Source: Mytilus edulis (lineage: Eukaryota). From it: a stretch of DNA of 64,000 bases. Where the stretch lies: positions 82,522,001 through 82,586,000 of the forward strand of contig NC_092350.1 in the NCBI RefSeq assembly GCF_963676685.1. The letters run 5' to 3'. Within the stretch, counting starts at the first letter, position 1. Each line of letters starts with the position of its first letter. Positions 1-11,434 of the stretch are shown here, in pieces. The notes beneath the pieces were generated by a model. It was not told the origin of the DNA, did not search any database, and saw only the letters and a program-made list of their open reading frames with translations. Position numbers and translations under genes: made by a program.

Positions 1-289
1 ATTGCTAATTTACAAAACACTACACAACAGCAATATATTATACATATAAAAATAACCTTCAAAAGCCTTTGGTAATATCTGTTATAAGTTGTATGATATA
101 AAGTTAAACAATCGGACCGAGAATAAAGTAACATTGTATACCTAAGCGGTAAACTGCGTGTTATGAACGCATCACTTAATAAACATTATTTATCCCTTAT
201 AATTTGTTTATTTATTATATATTGGCATTCATGTATCACAGATTAAATATATTCGTTCATTGTGTGTTGATTTACATTTTTTTAATTGG

Positions 290-575
290 GTTAAGCCTTC
301 TAATTGATGTTTAATAGTGTGTCTTTCTATGTTCTGATGTCATACTATTGTTTCAAAAAAAGGGAGAACATGTATTGTGTATTGCCATTTAAACGTTTAA
401 TCCCGCTGCAAATTTTTGCACCTGTTCCAAGTCAGGAATGTACAGTAGTTGTTTTCTGTTTATATAGTGCATACGTGTTTCTCATTTCTCGTTTTTTATA
501 TATATTAGACATAATGCTTTCTCGTTTGAATGGTTGTCTGATTGGCACTCATACCGCATTTTTCTATATCTATAA
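290..575 (+). mobile_element. Degenerate non-coding repeat (family D) with a twister-like 3' half and the common ATTGGCACTCATACC(A/G)CAT tail
   Basis: 396-438 reads TTTAA-TCCC-GC-TGCAAA..TTTGCA-CCTG-TTCCAAGT-CAGG (cleavage loop, P2, P3 hairpin, P4/L4). The 5' GAGG strand is decayed. The tail at ~541-570 recurs at ~895-920(-), ~4555-4590(-), ~41895-41925 and ~60780-60820. Confidence 0.55.
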
Positions 576-1010
576 ACCTTATAATTCCTGTATTATAGGT
601 GATTAGTCACTTTAAACGTTTTTCAATTAAACAAAACCATTAGCTCGGGCATGCAATTACTCAGCCGACATTAAATGAGTGTAAACCCGATTGTATATCT
701 ATACCATAGGTTATTACACATGTTTGACATAATTATCTAATTGAAATGGCTTTATATTGAACAAATGTTGAAACTGAAAAAAACCGCGTGTGTATTGTAT
801 ATCTTTTGTCTCTTTATATCGATTGGTGATCAAGATCACTGCATGTAATACTTTGAAGTCAAGTAACATACATGCTTTTCTAGAATTGAAAATGTGGTAT
901 GAGCGCCAATAAGACAAAATTCCACCCAAGTCACAATTCATAAAAGTAAACCATTATATATAAACATTTGACATATTTGATATGACAATTAATTTGAAAA
1001 TGCTTCAAAC

Positions 1011-1120
1011 AAATATTTCAGAATTGCTATAAAACCCGGTTTAATCCCTCGTTTTGTTCATATTCAAAATATTTCAGAATTGCTATAAAACCCAGTTTAA
1101 TCCCTCGTTTTCTTCATATA
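1011..1120. repeat. Two-copy tandem duplication, period 56 bp
   Basis: AAATATTTCAGAATTGCTATAAAACCC(G/A)GTTTAATCCCTCGTTTT starts at 1011 and at 1067. It includes a fragment resembling the family A twister cleavage region (GCTATAAAACCCGGTTTAATCC). Confidence 0.85.
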
Positions 1121-1574
1121 CTTTTCGTGGACATTAGATGTGCGTATATCGTATCCATATTTCAACCACAACAAAAAGAGAAAATGTTTTGGACGCACCT
1201 TATTAATATAGAGTTATTTCCACAATAATAAATTGTCATTACATTCCATGAGCTTTAACGTTATGAATGTATTTGAAAATTTGGGTTATATAATAAGGGT
1301 TATTTGTATTGTATTGAGTTTATAACATCTTCTCAGTTAGTATTCACGGGTTCTGTGAATTTTTTCAATTGATTATAATGCAAAACCGCATGTATTCCAC
1401 AATTGACAAAATATAAGTATATAACAATCTAACAATGAATAAAATCATATCACTAAGGAGGTAACAACCCAGTAATAAAACACACAATGTGTTTAGAGAG
1501 CGTAAACAACGTAATTTAAAGCAATTCTATAAGCGTCGTGAAAGTTGCAATTAAATTTGCATTTGCCTTTTATT

Positions 1575-1880
1575 AAGTATTGAATGCTTCTTTTTGTAAC
1601 TGCATTGGGGTGTAAAAGCTTTGACCGAAGTATAAAAATGTGCACACGGTCAACGCGTTTACAGCCCTATGCAGTTACTAAAAGAAGCATCCTATACGTT
1701 TAATTAAATTTTTTTAGTTAGATCATGAAAACATTATTTTAGTTTTTATCTAATTTTCCTGCGCACTTTTTCGTGGGAGCTCGTGTCGTCGTGAATGCAT
1801 TTTTTAATTGTTTAATGAAGTTCATTAAGGAATAACGCGATATTGCAGTGATACCATTCAAAATAACGTATGATAATAAA
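1575..1880. mobile_element. Non-autonomous foldback element with a long terminal hairpin
   Basis: Imperfect inverted arms at 1575-1627 and 1647-1700 (e.g. ATGCTTCTTTT/AAAAGAAGCAT, GTAACTGCAT/ATGCAGTTAC, TTGACCG/CGGTCAA). The right boundary is approximate. Confidence 0.55.
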
Positions 1881-2161
1881 ACATACATCTAATGTAATTC
1901 AAGTTATATCTTTTTATACATATATACAGTTATGACTACCTTCTATCTTTGTTGAACTTAATTGACATTGTAAAATGTGGATACTTATCATTAAAACTAT
2001 CGAATAAAATATTTATATAGAAATGCTTTTAAATATCAATGCTTATTGTATAACATATAGAACTTAAAGACTCGTTCATGATTAAAATTATCATATGTAT
2101 TTGATCATTATAGCATTCAATATTTTACATTTTATATCAAAACAGAGAAAATGATTTAATA

Positions 2162-2341
2162 ACATTAACGGTACCAATTTTTCTGCACCAGATGCGCATT
2201 TCGACAAATAATGTCTCTTCAGTGATGCTCGTGGCCAAAATATGTAAAATCCAATGCTTATATAAAAGATGAAGAGCTATAATCTAAAAGTTCCAAAAAG
2301 TATAGCCAAATCTGTGAAAGGAATCAGAGCTTTGCATGAGG
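2162..2341 (-). mobile_element. Truncated hammerhead retrozyme, second family
   Basis: Contains the hammerhead at 2185-2228. The body (GAAGAGC..CCAAAAAGT..GCCAAAT) is recognisably related to, but distinct from, the 357-nt family. Confidence 0.7.
2185..2228 (-). ncRNA. Type I minimal hammerhead ribozyme (AUC cleavage triplet)
   Basis: Minus strand: GCAUCA-CUGAAGA-GACA UUAUU UGUC-GAAA-UGCGCA-UC/UGGUGC. The CUGANGA and GAAA cores are intact, helices I and II pair, and helix III is the short palindrome AUGCGCAU. Confidence 0.88.
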
Positions 2342-5300
2342 TAAAGTAGCTCAATGATTTAGTATTTGCAAGAACTGTGAACTCGGGAAATATTTCGAGG
2401 TTTAAATTCATGTGAATATAATAGTTATAGGATGAGAATTGCATTTAACTCGCATTCTTAATTTAATGAATGCATATGTGGGCACTTTTGTCTAATACCG
2501 CAATAAAAAAGTTGGCCTATTTTCTCTCGAAAATCCAAGAATGTTTTTTTTTTCAATTACAAATGTACAATTACTGTATCTGTTGTTGTCAACACACTGC
2601 AAATCAGAGAGAGGAGTTAATAGAAAAAAAGTATAATTACACTGATGAACTAATGACTTTCTCTTTATAGCTTGTAATATCCTAATCACTGATGCTTCTA
2701 CCTATTTACATTTGATTAAGGGTTTGTCAAATAATACTAAAATGAATATTAAATCATAAATTTTCATTTCGACCTTATTACTTTTTTTGGCATATTGACG
2801 AGCATTTCATTTCTTCATCTTTGTAATCGCATTTTCAATTCATTTTCGACTTATGAGTTTTGTGTCTCTTTTATTAATGATTACTCAAAAAAGAAGTTTG
2901 TAAGAATACACTCCTCAATTATAAATCAAATAATTTGACATATAACAAAAATATAGTTTTTCTAAAATTGAGCTTTAGGAAATTGTATGAACGCTGTTTT
3001 TTCATATGTAGCATGTGTTATATTTAGTTCAATTCAATTTTTATTAAAAGTTTTTATTTTGCTTTCAATTTACCAATTTAGAAGTTTGTTAAAACACAAT
3101 CTGTTGTCTTATTTTGAAATCATCAAACTAGAGATACCAATTATTCAAATGATCGTAAACAATACGGATGAAATATTAATAGCAAGTCAATATTTATTCA
3201 GTTAAATGTCTGTATCAGAACTTAATGGTTGATTATGTTTGATTGCATCTACAATATTTGAGGTCCCCATGGAGACGTTATGTATTATTTACACAATAAC
3301 AAAACGAAATTTATACTTCCAAGTACAAAAACTGTTCAATTAAATGAGGAATAAACTTCATTATAACATTCTCAATCAAATATTAACAAAAAGAAAAACA
3401 CGAAAGATAATATCAACATTATAAATATACTGGGAATACTATTCTGTTTCCATCAAAGCAATTTCAATTTGATAGAAGTTAAATATGTTTTTGTTAGAAA
3501 TCGTGTCATAGGACAATGAAAAGAATCGTAGGTAACGACTGATACGCAACGTAGTAAAACATGTATGAAATTTTATATCTGCAATATGAAATATGATTTA
3601 AATCTTGCACCACTCATAGTGAAACGCTTGTTTTACCTGTTTACTGCTTATATTGTTTATTTGTTTGATTTTTTTTTCTGCGGAATTTTATTTTGCTATT
3701 TACAAAACAAAGAATAAAAGAACACGAAATTAAGATTATTTCAATTGATAAGGACGAGTTGATAATTGTTGTTTGATGCTATTATGTCTGTCTATTATTG
3801 CTTATTTAGCTCGTCAATTGTTCTGCTTTTTATATTTCCTTGCATTTCTAATCTGTAAAAAATATATAATTAGTAAAACTGATACCTGTCCCACTAAACG
3901 CATATTAAACACATAATACTATATGTATTCTTGCTTCATTATACTGAAATCGTTATACATTGAAATGAAGCTTTAAAATATCGGTTGATAAAAGGTTTGG
4001 AAAAGTGTCAGAAAAGACGAATTCAACATAAAAAATAGCACTTGAGAGTAATGTATTATCTATTCAAACTACTTTTTAAGCGTACTTCATAACCTTCTGG
4101 ATATGATATAAACTTGTTTGCCTTTAACTGATGCTTGATTCCCAAGAACATTTACAAAATAATGATCCCATTTATTATAGCTAAGCTTCAATTATGTTGC
4201 CGTTATTTTTTCGCAAGATATAATTCCAACCAAATAAACTTTCATTTAGATTTTAGAGCTGACGGACCATATGATTTTATCTTATCAGTTTTATTACAAA
4301 ACGATATGCTTTTACAAAATCGTTATCAAGAAGACAAAATTGATTCAACATCGGAGAACATTATTGAAATAATAACATAGTGTTGTAAAGGTAGTTCTTT
4401 TTTAATAATGCACGATTGTAAATATCATCATTGTTTGTTCACCGACATTTGCGTTATGCAGTGCATGCTTTCCTAGTTCCGTGTTTTTACGAAATGAATA
4501 AGAATACAAAAAAAAAATGATGTCTTGAACGCAGACATTTCTTACATATACAAAGGAAATGTGGTAGGATTGCCAATGAGACAACTCTCCCCAAGATCCC
4601 AACCTGACACAGAAATTAACTACTATAGGTCACTGTTCGGTCTTCAACAATTAACAGAGCCCATACAGCATAGGCAGCTTATATACTTATTTTTTGGCTA
4701 CCACTTGATTTCAGACTTACCTATATTTGATGTTTGTCTTTTATTTTAAAAAGAAAAAGTAAGAATTATTGCAAAAGGCATAACTCTAAATTCTGAAGCA
4801 GTTTGTGCATTCATTATTTTTAAAGATAATATATTAAAAACATGCATACAGAGATATGTACCATCAGAATGTCAGTTTTCGTTATTCACATTATAAGATA
4901 TTCACCATTATATCTGACTTTAAAATGAAAGATGTTTGTTGTTGAATTTTCATAAAAATACAATATAATAAAAAAAATCACCTAAAAAATAAAGAAAAAA
5001 AGGCGTAGTATGTCAAAGAATACATTCGCAAAATAGATGACATAATCTGATAATAGCACGGAAAGTTATTAGGCAACCAAAACATATATATTTAAAATGA
5101 AACACAAATAAAACTAAGGACAGACCGATACAACCAAAAACTATGATTTAGGAGGGGTGAGCACATCCAGCTCAACAAGTTTTACTCGTAGCAAAATCCG
5201 TTGATACAAACTCGGTTATTAGACTAGATTAGTAGGGTTATATATGATTCAGACATTCAACTATAGTCATTCAATTCGGAAACCACAAAGAATCCAAAAG

Positions 5301-6755
5301 GGGTGTGGACGGATAAGCAGTTCCCGTCCTGTCATTTACATTAATTATCGTTACACTTGCAAATAACAACATATTACACAAATATAGTCGGTTATTTTAC
5401 AATCAACAAAACAAAAGTGGACGGAATCTTAATAAGTGAAAGCAAAAATAGTATACTGCTGTTAAATAGTTACAAATCGTTTTAACTGAAATTAATCCGT
5501 GTCACAAATGATTTAGAAAACTGCGATTGAAATGTATCCTTTTATCAAAACAATATTGTTTTCATAATTTTAACGAAATCAAAGCATTCAATCATATAAA
5601 ACATATCATCTTTAAAACACGTAAAATATGTATGAACAGAAATAGCTGTAAACCTGTAAAAGAAAACATTGATTACATCGGATTTACGGTGTATGTGCCA
5701 AAACATTACGTTTTTTTATGTTGTCGTCATTATTAACTGTTTTACATCGACTGATAAATTGCAATAATCCCTTGGTATATGCTGCTTTTTTATTTATGTG
5801 GTCGTGTAATTCTCTTGGGAAAAACCTATCTACTTTTTTTCGAAATACCATTTTTTTAGGATGAGACGACCAACATGATGATGAACATTTCAAGTGTAAG
5901 ATCATGTGGTTAGACAATGTTATTATTTTCCACCGTGCGGAAGTTAACTGTTTTCTATATCAACGAATAATAAGAACCAACAGACTTAATTTGACCACGA
6001 AGTATACGGTAATAATGTAACATATACAACCGTCAGAATTTAGAGTCAATAACCAAGTGAGATATTTCCACTGACCAGGGACATCAAAAATTATCTTGAT
6101 AAATGTTACGACACAAACGTGATGTGTTGTGGCTACTATAAGGTGTATAATGGAAAATACACTCTTTATAGCATATAAACATCCTGTTAGTGATTCAAAT
6201 CCTCTAATTTAATATCAGGTAGTGTGTCTTTTTCCTGCAAAGTATACTTTGATGAAAAGTTTAAAATTAAAAAAAGAAGAAAATACTTGCTAGTTTTGTT
6301 GGTTTTTTTTTCATATTTAGCCAACACTATTACCTGTTTCGATTTAAGTTATCATTTGTGTTGTCCCCTTCATAGATGTGGTTGTTTTTTCCTTGTAGTT
6401 CTACTGTAAATTGTTCATCCACTGAGGATGAAATTACTATAAATTTCTGAATAAGAAGATTAACATAATCATGAAAATAAAATGTAATAGTGTGAGATCA
6501 GATAGTCATGATTTCCCTGTGCGCATACGTTAACTTGCTATCTCACAGAATAATACAAACCAACAGACAATATCTGGCCATGAGATGACCTGTAATATTG
6601 TTATATATACGATCGTCAGGATTTGGAGTTTCTAACAAAGTTTAATGTTTCTACTGATTTGGGAAACCTAACATTAGCTTGAGGAATTCAAATAATAAAC
6701 TCTTGTGGTCAACCGATCAAGATGTTCTAAAAAATGTGATATGTCATTTTAACAA

Positions 6756-7059
6756 AAAGTAAAAACACAAAAATACTGAACTCCGATGAAAATTCAAAAA
6801 GGAAAATCAAAAATCAAAAGGCAAAATCAAAAGTCCAAACACATCAAACGAATGGATAACAACTGTCATATTCCTGACTTGGTACAGGCATTTTCTAATG
6901 TAGAAAATGGTTGATTGAACCTGGTTTTATAGCTAGCTAAACCTCTCACTTGTATGACAGTCGCATCAAATTCCATTACATTGTCAACGATGCATGAACA
7001 AAACAAACATACTCAAAGAGTAAAAATGTCAAAAATAGGGGTACAACAGTCAATATATA
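6756..7059 (-). mobile_element. Twister-bearing non-autonomous retroelement, family A, with a 6-bp TSD
   Basis: Flanked by TAACAA at 6750-6755 and 7060-7065. It is absent from the paralogous site (~61262-61275, CCATTTTAAAAAGAATG). Homologous copies lie at ~9880-10130(+), ~11325-11690(-), ~49660-49830(-), ~50010-50290(+) and ~56375-56643(+). Confidence 0.85.
6862..6961 (-). ncRNA. Candidate type-P5 twister ribozyme (intact)
   Basis: Minus strand: ACUGUCAUA-CAAG-UGA-GAGGU-UUAGCUAGCUAUAAAACCAGGUUC/AA-UCA-AC-CAUUUUCUA cau UAGAAAAUG-CCUG-UACCAAGU-CAGG-AA-UAUGACAGU. P5 is 9 bp, P2 is UCA/UGA, P3 is 9 bp and P4 is 4 bp. The pseudoknots are ACC/GGU and AC/GU. Predicted cleavage is between 6917 and 6916. 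Confidence 0.8.
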
Positions 7060-9127
7060 TAACAAGACTCTACACGAAATGAAAGGTTTTTAATGACATG
7101 TCGACGGCAGGTTAATATCAGATTTATCTAGATAAATATAGGTGGTGCGAACGCTGCACGATTATAATATAAAAAACTAAAAAAAAAAACGGTGAAAAAG
7201 TGACATAATAAAACAGATTTTGTTCTTCGTATATTCCTTAGTTAGTTCATCTCGTGTTAAATGCATTTCGTGAAGATCATTTTGACTGAATGATCGATCA
7301 TACAAATACGAAAAGCTTTGAAATAAAGTCACGTAAAAATTTAAAAGAACAGGTTTTTCAATAATATTATATTATTTGCAAGTAAAGTAGTCTATCTTGA
7401 TATTAGAAAAATGAATGCAAGTTTGGTTGGTAATGTTATGTAGGTTTTTTCCTAAAGAATGATTTCATGAATGAAAAGCATAGTTGTATAAGAACAGACA
7501 TTATTACTTTTTTTTAAAAACGTATTGTCTTGATATATATCGTTAGTATGGAAACATTATTTGTAAAACAGGGGCATTGCTGGTACGAAATATGAAATGG
7601 AAAACGCAATTCCAAACCATTGTTTCGATGGTAATTACATAATTGAATCATGTGTAAGAAATGGACACGGTAGAAAGAACACAAATGCCGCACACATTAA
7701 AGATGAATAATGCCCCAGTGTTATCTTAAAGACTGAAACTTTTTTATAGTTAAGCGTGTCGTACAACTTATCATAAATCATAATAACTAAATAATCTTCA
7801 ATATCAACTGACTCTTATATCATCATGTAACACTGCTTGTATCATAAAATTCATTTTCTAAAAATCCTCTTACGACAAAATCGTATTGCAAATTGCTTAT
7901 TCATGAGATGGTCTTATCAACTCATCGTTCATTCAAGGCTTCATTAAAGTACATTGTCATACAGGTATCCGTGATGCTCGAATCATAGAGTTCGACGGAC
8001 AAGATAGAGAAAACATTTAAGAGCATACATGATAAACAGCTAACATAGTCTATTCTTGGATAAAAACAGTTTTGGTATTCCGTAAAAGCCAATGTTATTG
8101 TAAATAATACAGTTATAAGCACAACCATTGCAATTAACTAGAAAAGACGACCACTCAATTTTAAACCATATATTATATGTAGTTTGCGTAACACTATATT
8201 TACTCTGAGCAAATGTTTCAAAAATGATCGCAATAATAATAAACAGCGGCGTGTCATAGTATTCCTTGCATGAATAAAATCACAATTAATTGATATTATA
8301 ATTGATTACTATTAAAACATGAAGTATCGACGAAAGAAAATAAAGCATCACTATACTTTCACAGAGAGGGAGCATGGTTTTTTTTTATCATTTTGATAAT
8401 AAATGTTTCAAAATGAAATACTCCTTCACCTTTCATATTCAAATAGTGATAAAAGATCGTTTCCGAACAAAATAAAAAAACAAAGAAAAAATGGAACTTC
8501 TCAAGGAACATTTTGTAAGCGTTAGGAAATTTGATTCAAGTCAAAAGATAAAACCTGCTGCATTGCTTCTTTTATAACTTACCTCTTTTAGTTCATCGAC
8601 TGATTTAATGTGATGATACAGGAATTACGTTTTTCCTTCAATGCATTGAATGTTATGAAAATAACCTGAATACATATGAATTTCAAAATAAAATTAGAAT
8701 ATTTGATATACATACTAACCATGCAACATTGCAGATATTTTTTAATCTTGTTTTCAGAAATATCCACTTAATGATTACATTATATTTTAGCCTTTGTGGC
8801 AGTAATCATAGTAATTACACATTTGCATGTATTATTTAGCAAGCAGAAGAAGCAACAACAACGTTTGAGATACATTTTTCATCAGGCGTTTTAATCACAC
8901 TCAAAACTGGCAAACAAGTACCATATAAGGCTCTTGAAAACAAAATGTAATAACATAGAATCATATTGAAAGAACAGTAAATTAATTTTCTAGATTTGAA
9001 CATATGGTCTTCAACAGTACACAAATGTAAATGCTCTTCAGAACTCGTTGTAAACCTATACATGTTTTGTTCTTCTAAAAGGTTGGAAAAGTGTTCAGTA
9101 TTACTTTTAACTAAATTTCTGTCTTAT

Positions 9128-9460
9128 TCTAATGTAGTTGAGAAAAACCAAACCTGAGTTATAGGTGTTTCGGTTTTTCTATGATGGTCCATCATAACAA
9201 AATAAAAGCCTCATTAAGAATATTTAGGCTTCGTTTGTAGTCCCCAGTATTCGTTGTAACACTATACTTGTTCAAACGTCGGAAATCGTCTCCTGCAGAA
9301 AGATTTAAATCAAGTTAATAGCTGTTTTTTTCTAATGTAATTTAGAATAAACAAACCTGAAATGATTCGATTTCTCTATGAAGGTCCATCATAACAAAAT
9401 TAAAGCCTCATTAAGTATTATTTAGGCTTCGTTTATTGTCACCAGCCTCGTTGTAGTCAA
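9128..9460 (+). repeat. Local diverged direct repeat, period ~200 bp
   Basis: TTCTAATGTA...GGTCCATCATAACAAAAT(A/T)AAAGCCTCATTAAG...TTTAGGCTTCGTTT occurs at ~9128-9260 and ~9330-9460. Confidence 0.8.
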
Positions 9461-9973
9461 AACCGGAAGTAAGGATTACCATCCCAAAATCGAGTTATTA
9501 GATTTCTTTAAAAGAGGACCATATAATTATATCAAGTCAGCTTCCGAGCAAAAGTGATAGTTTAGATCATATCATTTAAGACCAGACGAAAATAATTTGA
9601 CAAAATGATAGAAATAACGTACATTACCTTCCTATTATTACGAAATCGCAAAAGTATTGACTTTTTTAAGTGGAGAGTAATCCTTAAGATAGCATCTAGT
9701 ACGGCATCAACTTTCGTAAACATCTCATATATTTGCATTTCCTTTAAAGTCAAATGAAATAAGTGACTGGTAAAAAATATTGAAAATCTAGTTATTGAAC
9801 CAATGCATGCAAGTCAGCCACGCAAAGCAATGAGTGGGTTTTTATTTGATAGATGCTTTTTGTAAAATTGTAACATGGTGATGACTGATATACCCATTTT
9901 GACTCTTTTATTTGTTATGTCTGTTTAGTTCACGCATCGTTACACATGTATTAATATAACGGAATTTGATGAG

Positions 9974-10072
9974 ACTGTTGTACACAGTGGGAGGTTTTGC
10001 GCTATAAGACCAGGTTCAATCCATCATGTTCTACATTTAAAAATGAATGTACCAAGTCAGGAATACGACAGT
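9974..10072 (+). ncRNA. Degenerate type-P5 twister copy (family A)
   Basis: P5 ACTGTTGTA/TACGACAGT, GTGG-GAGGT, TTCAATCC and TACCAAGTCAGG are retained. The P4 5' strand is mutated (GAATG). Confidence 0.6.
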
Positions 10073-10254
10073 GATTAGGGACTTTCCGATTTTATTTTCC
10101 ACGGAAATTAGCATTTTTGTGATTTTATGTGATTTAATTCTTCATACATAATCAATGAACGAAAACAAACAAAAAACAAACCCAAAGAATATACAAACTG
10201 AACATCTGAAGATTCCTTTATCATCATATTATTATGTTCTTTTAACTGTAATAA

Positions 10255-10330
10255 CAAAAGAGGGACAAAAAATACCAAAGGGACAGTCAAACTCATAAAA
10301 CTAAAACAAACTGACGACGCCATGGCTAAA
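10255..10330 (-). mobile_element. Solo 3' tail of the Naiad-type element
   Basis: Closely matches 14229-14306 (AAAAGAGGGAC.AAA.ATACCAAAGGGACA.TCAAACTCATAAA). Confidence 0.8.
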
Positions 10331-11434
10331 ATATGACTATTAAGTGTCATGGACAAAAACAATTAGCTAGGTAACTTCAAGAGGAAAATCCAGTTAGTGA
10401 TACCAAGATAAGACCAGATGACAAATGTAATACCGCAGAAAAAACGAAAATCTCATAACCGCATAATATTATCAGTTCTAAGGATTTTGTCCATTACAGT
10501 ATCTAATAGCATCAACTAAGCTTTTCCATAGATAATCAGATAACGGCCTCAGTCTGTGTTATTGATAATCTTGTTACATAATTATGTTTTTAAAAGTAAG
10601 AAATTTACTTAACAGAACAGGTAAACAACTATAACAATAGACAATATCAAGACAACAAGGACATGCAAGGGTAACAAGAAAATAAACGAAAGGAAACATG
10701 TGAATAAAAGCAAAAAAGAATATGAATCAAGAGAGTAGCGCTATATTACACATTATAACAGTAATATAACCGTAGGAAGTTATTTATCGACCTCTAAAAA
10801 TAAACATGTAGTTTTTAATAATGACAAGAAAATTGACCATTCATCTTCCCACGCGTTATTAGTCATATGTGTATAAATACCTCAATTAAATAAAGAAGAA
10901 ATGATAAATAAAAAAAAATAGAAAGAATACGCAGTCCAAAATATTCGTTCATATATGTGATTATCAGAGAAGAATAGATTGAAACCAAACTGCACTTTTT
11001 TTTCAATACGCATAACGCGTTGAGTTTTTTTTACTAGAACTGACAAGAAGAGGCTTTTGATCTGTGTCTTTACTCATGTATGACTTCGAAGATGTTAGAC
11101 TGCAAAAAAAAAAAAGCTTTTTATATTGTCCTATTCCAAATTTTTGATTCTAAGATTTATGTGAATCTAAAAAACGGTTCAAACATGTACTGCTGAAAAA
11201 CCACCGTGCATTTCCTCATATTAGTCTATGTTAAATTTATCCGTTGTTTTTAATTGGCCAGATTGTATCTTTGTGTGCAATCTTTAGTAATAATGCACTC
11301 TCAAGCTTTTAAAATATTCTATAGAAAAAAGTAAAATCACAAAAATACTAAACTTAGAGAAAAATCAATTCGGAAAGTCCATAATCACATGGCAAAATCA
11401 AATAGCAAAACGCATCAAAAACGAATGGACAAGA

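Larger units (their letters stand above)
3100..9810 (+). repeat. Old segmental duplication, copy 1 (paralogue at ~55420-63530)
   Basis: Collinear diverged blocks: 3110-3730/55420-56030, 3890-4480/57025-57550, 5720-6750/59085-61270, 7080-8420/61280-62515, 9330-9810/63020-63530. Confidence 0.9.

Noticed and set aside
6905-6945. tRNA-derived SINE head (GGTTCAATC resembles a B box)
   Set aside because: There is no proper A box or cloverleaf, the motif lies internally, and the twister fold explains the surrounding pairings better.
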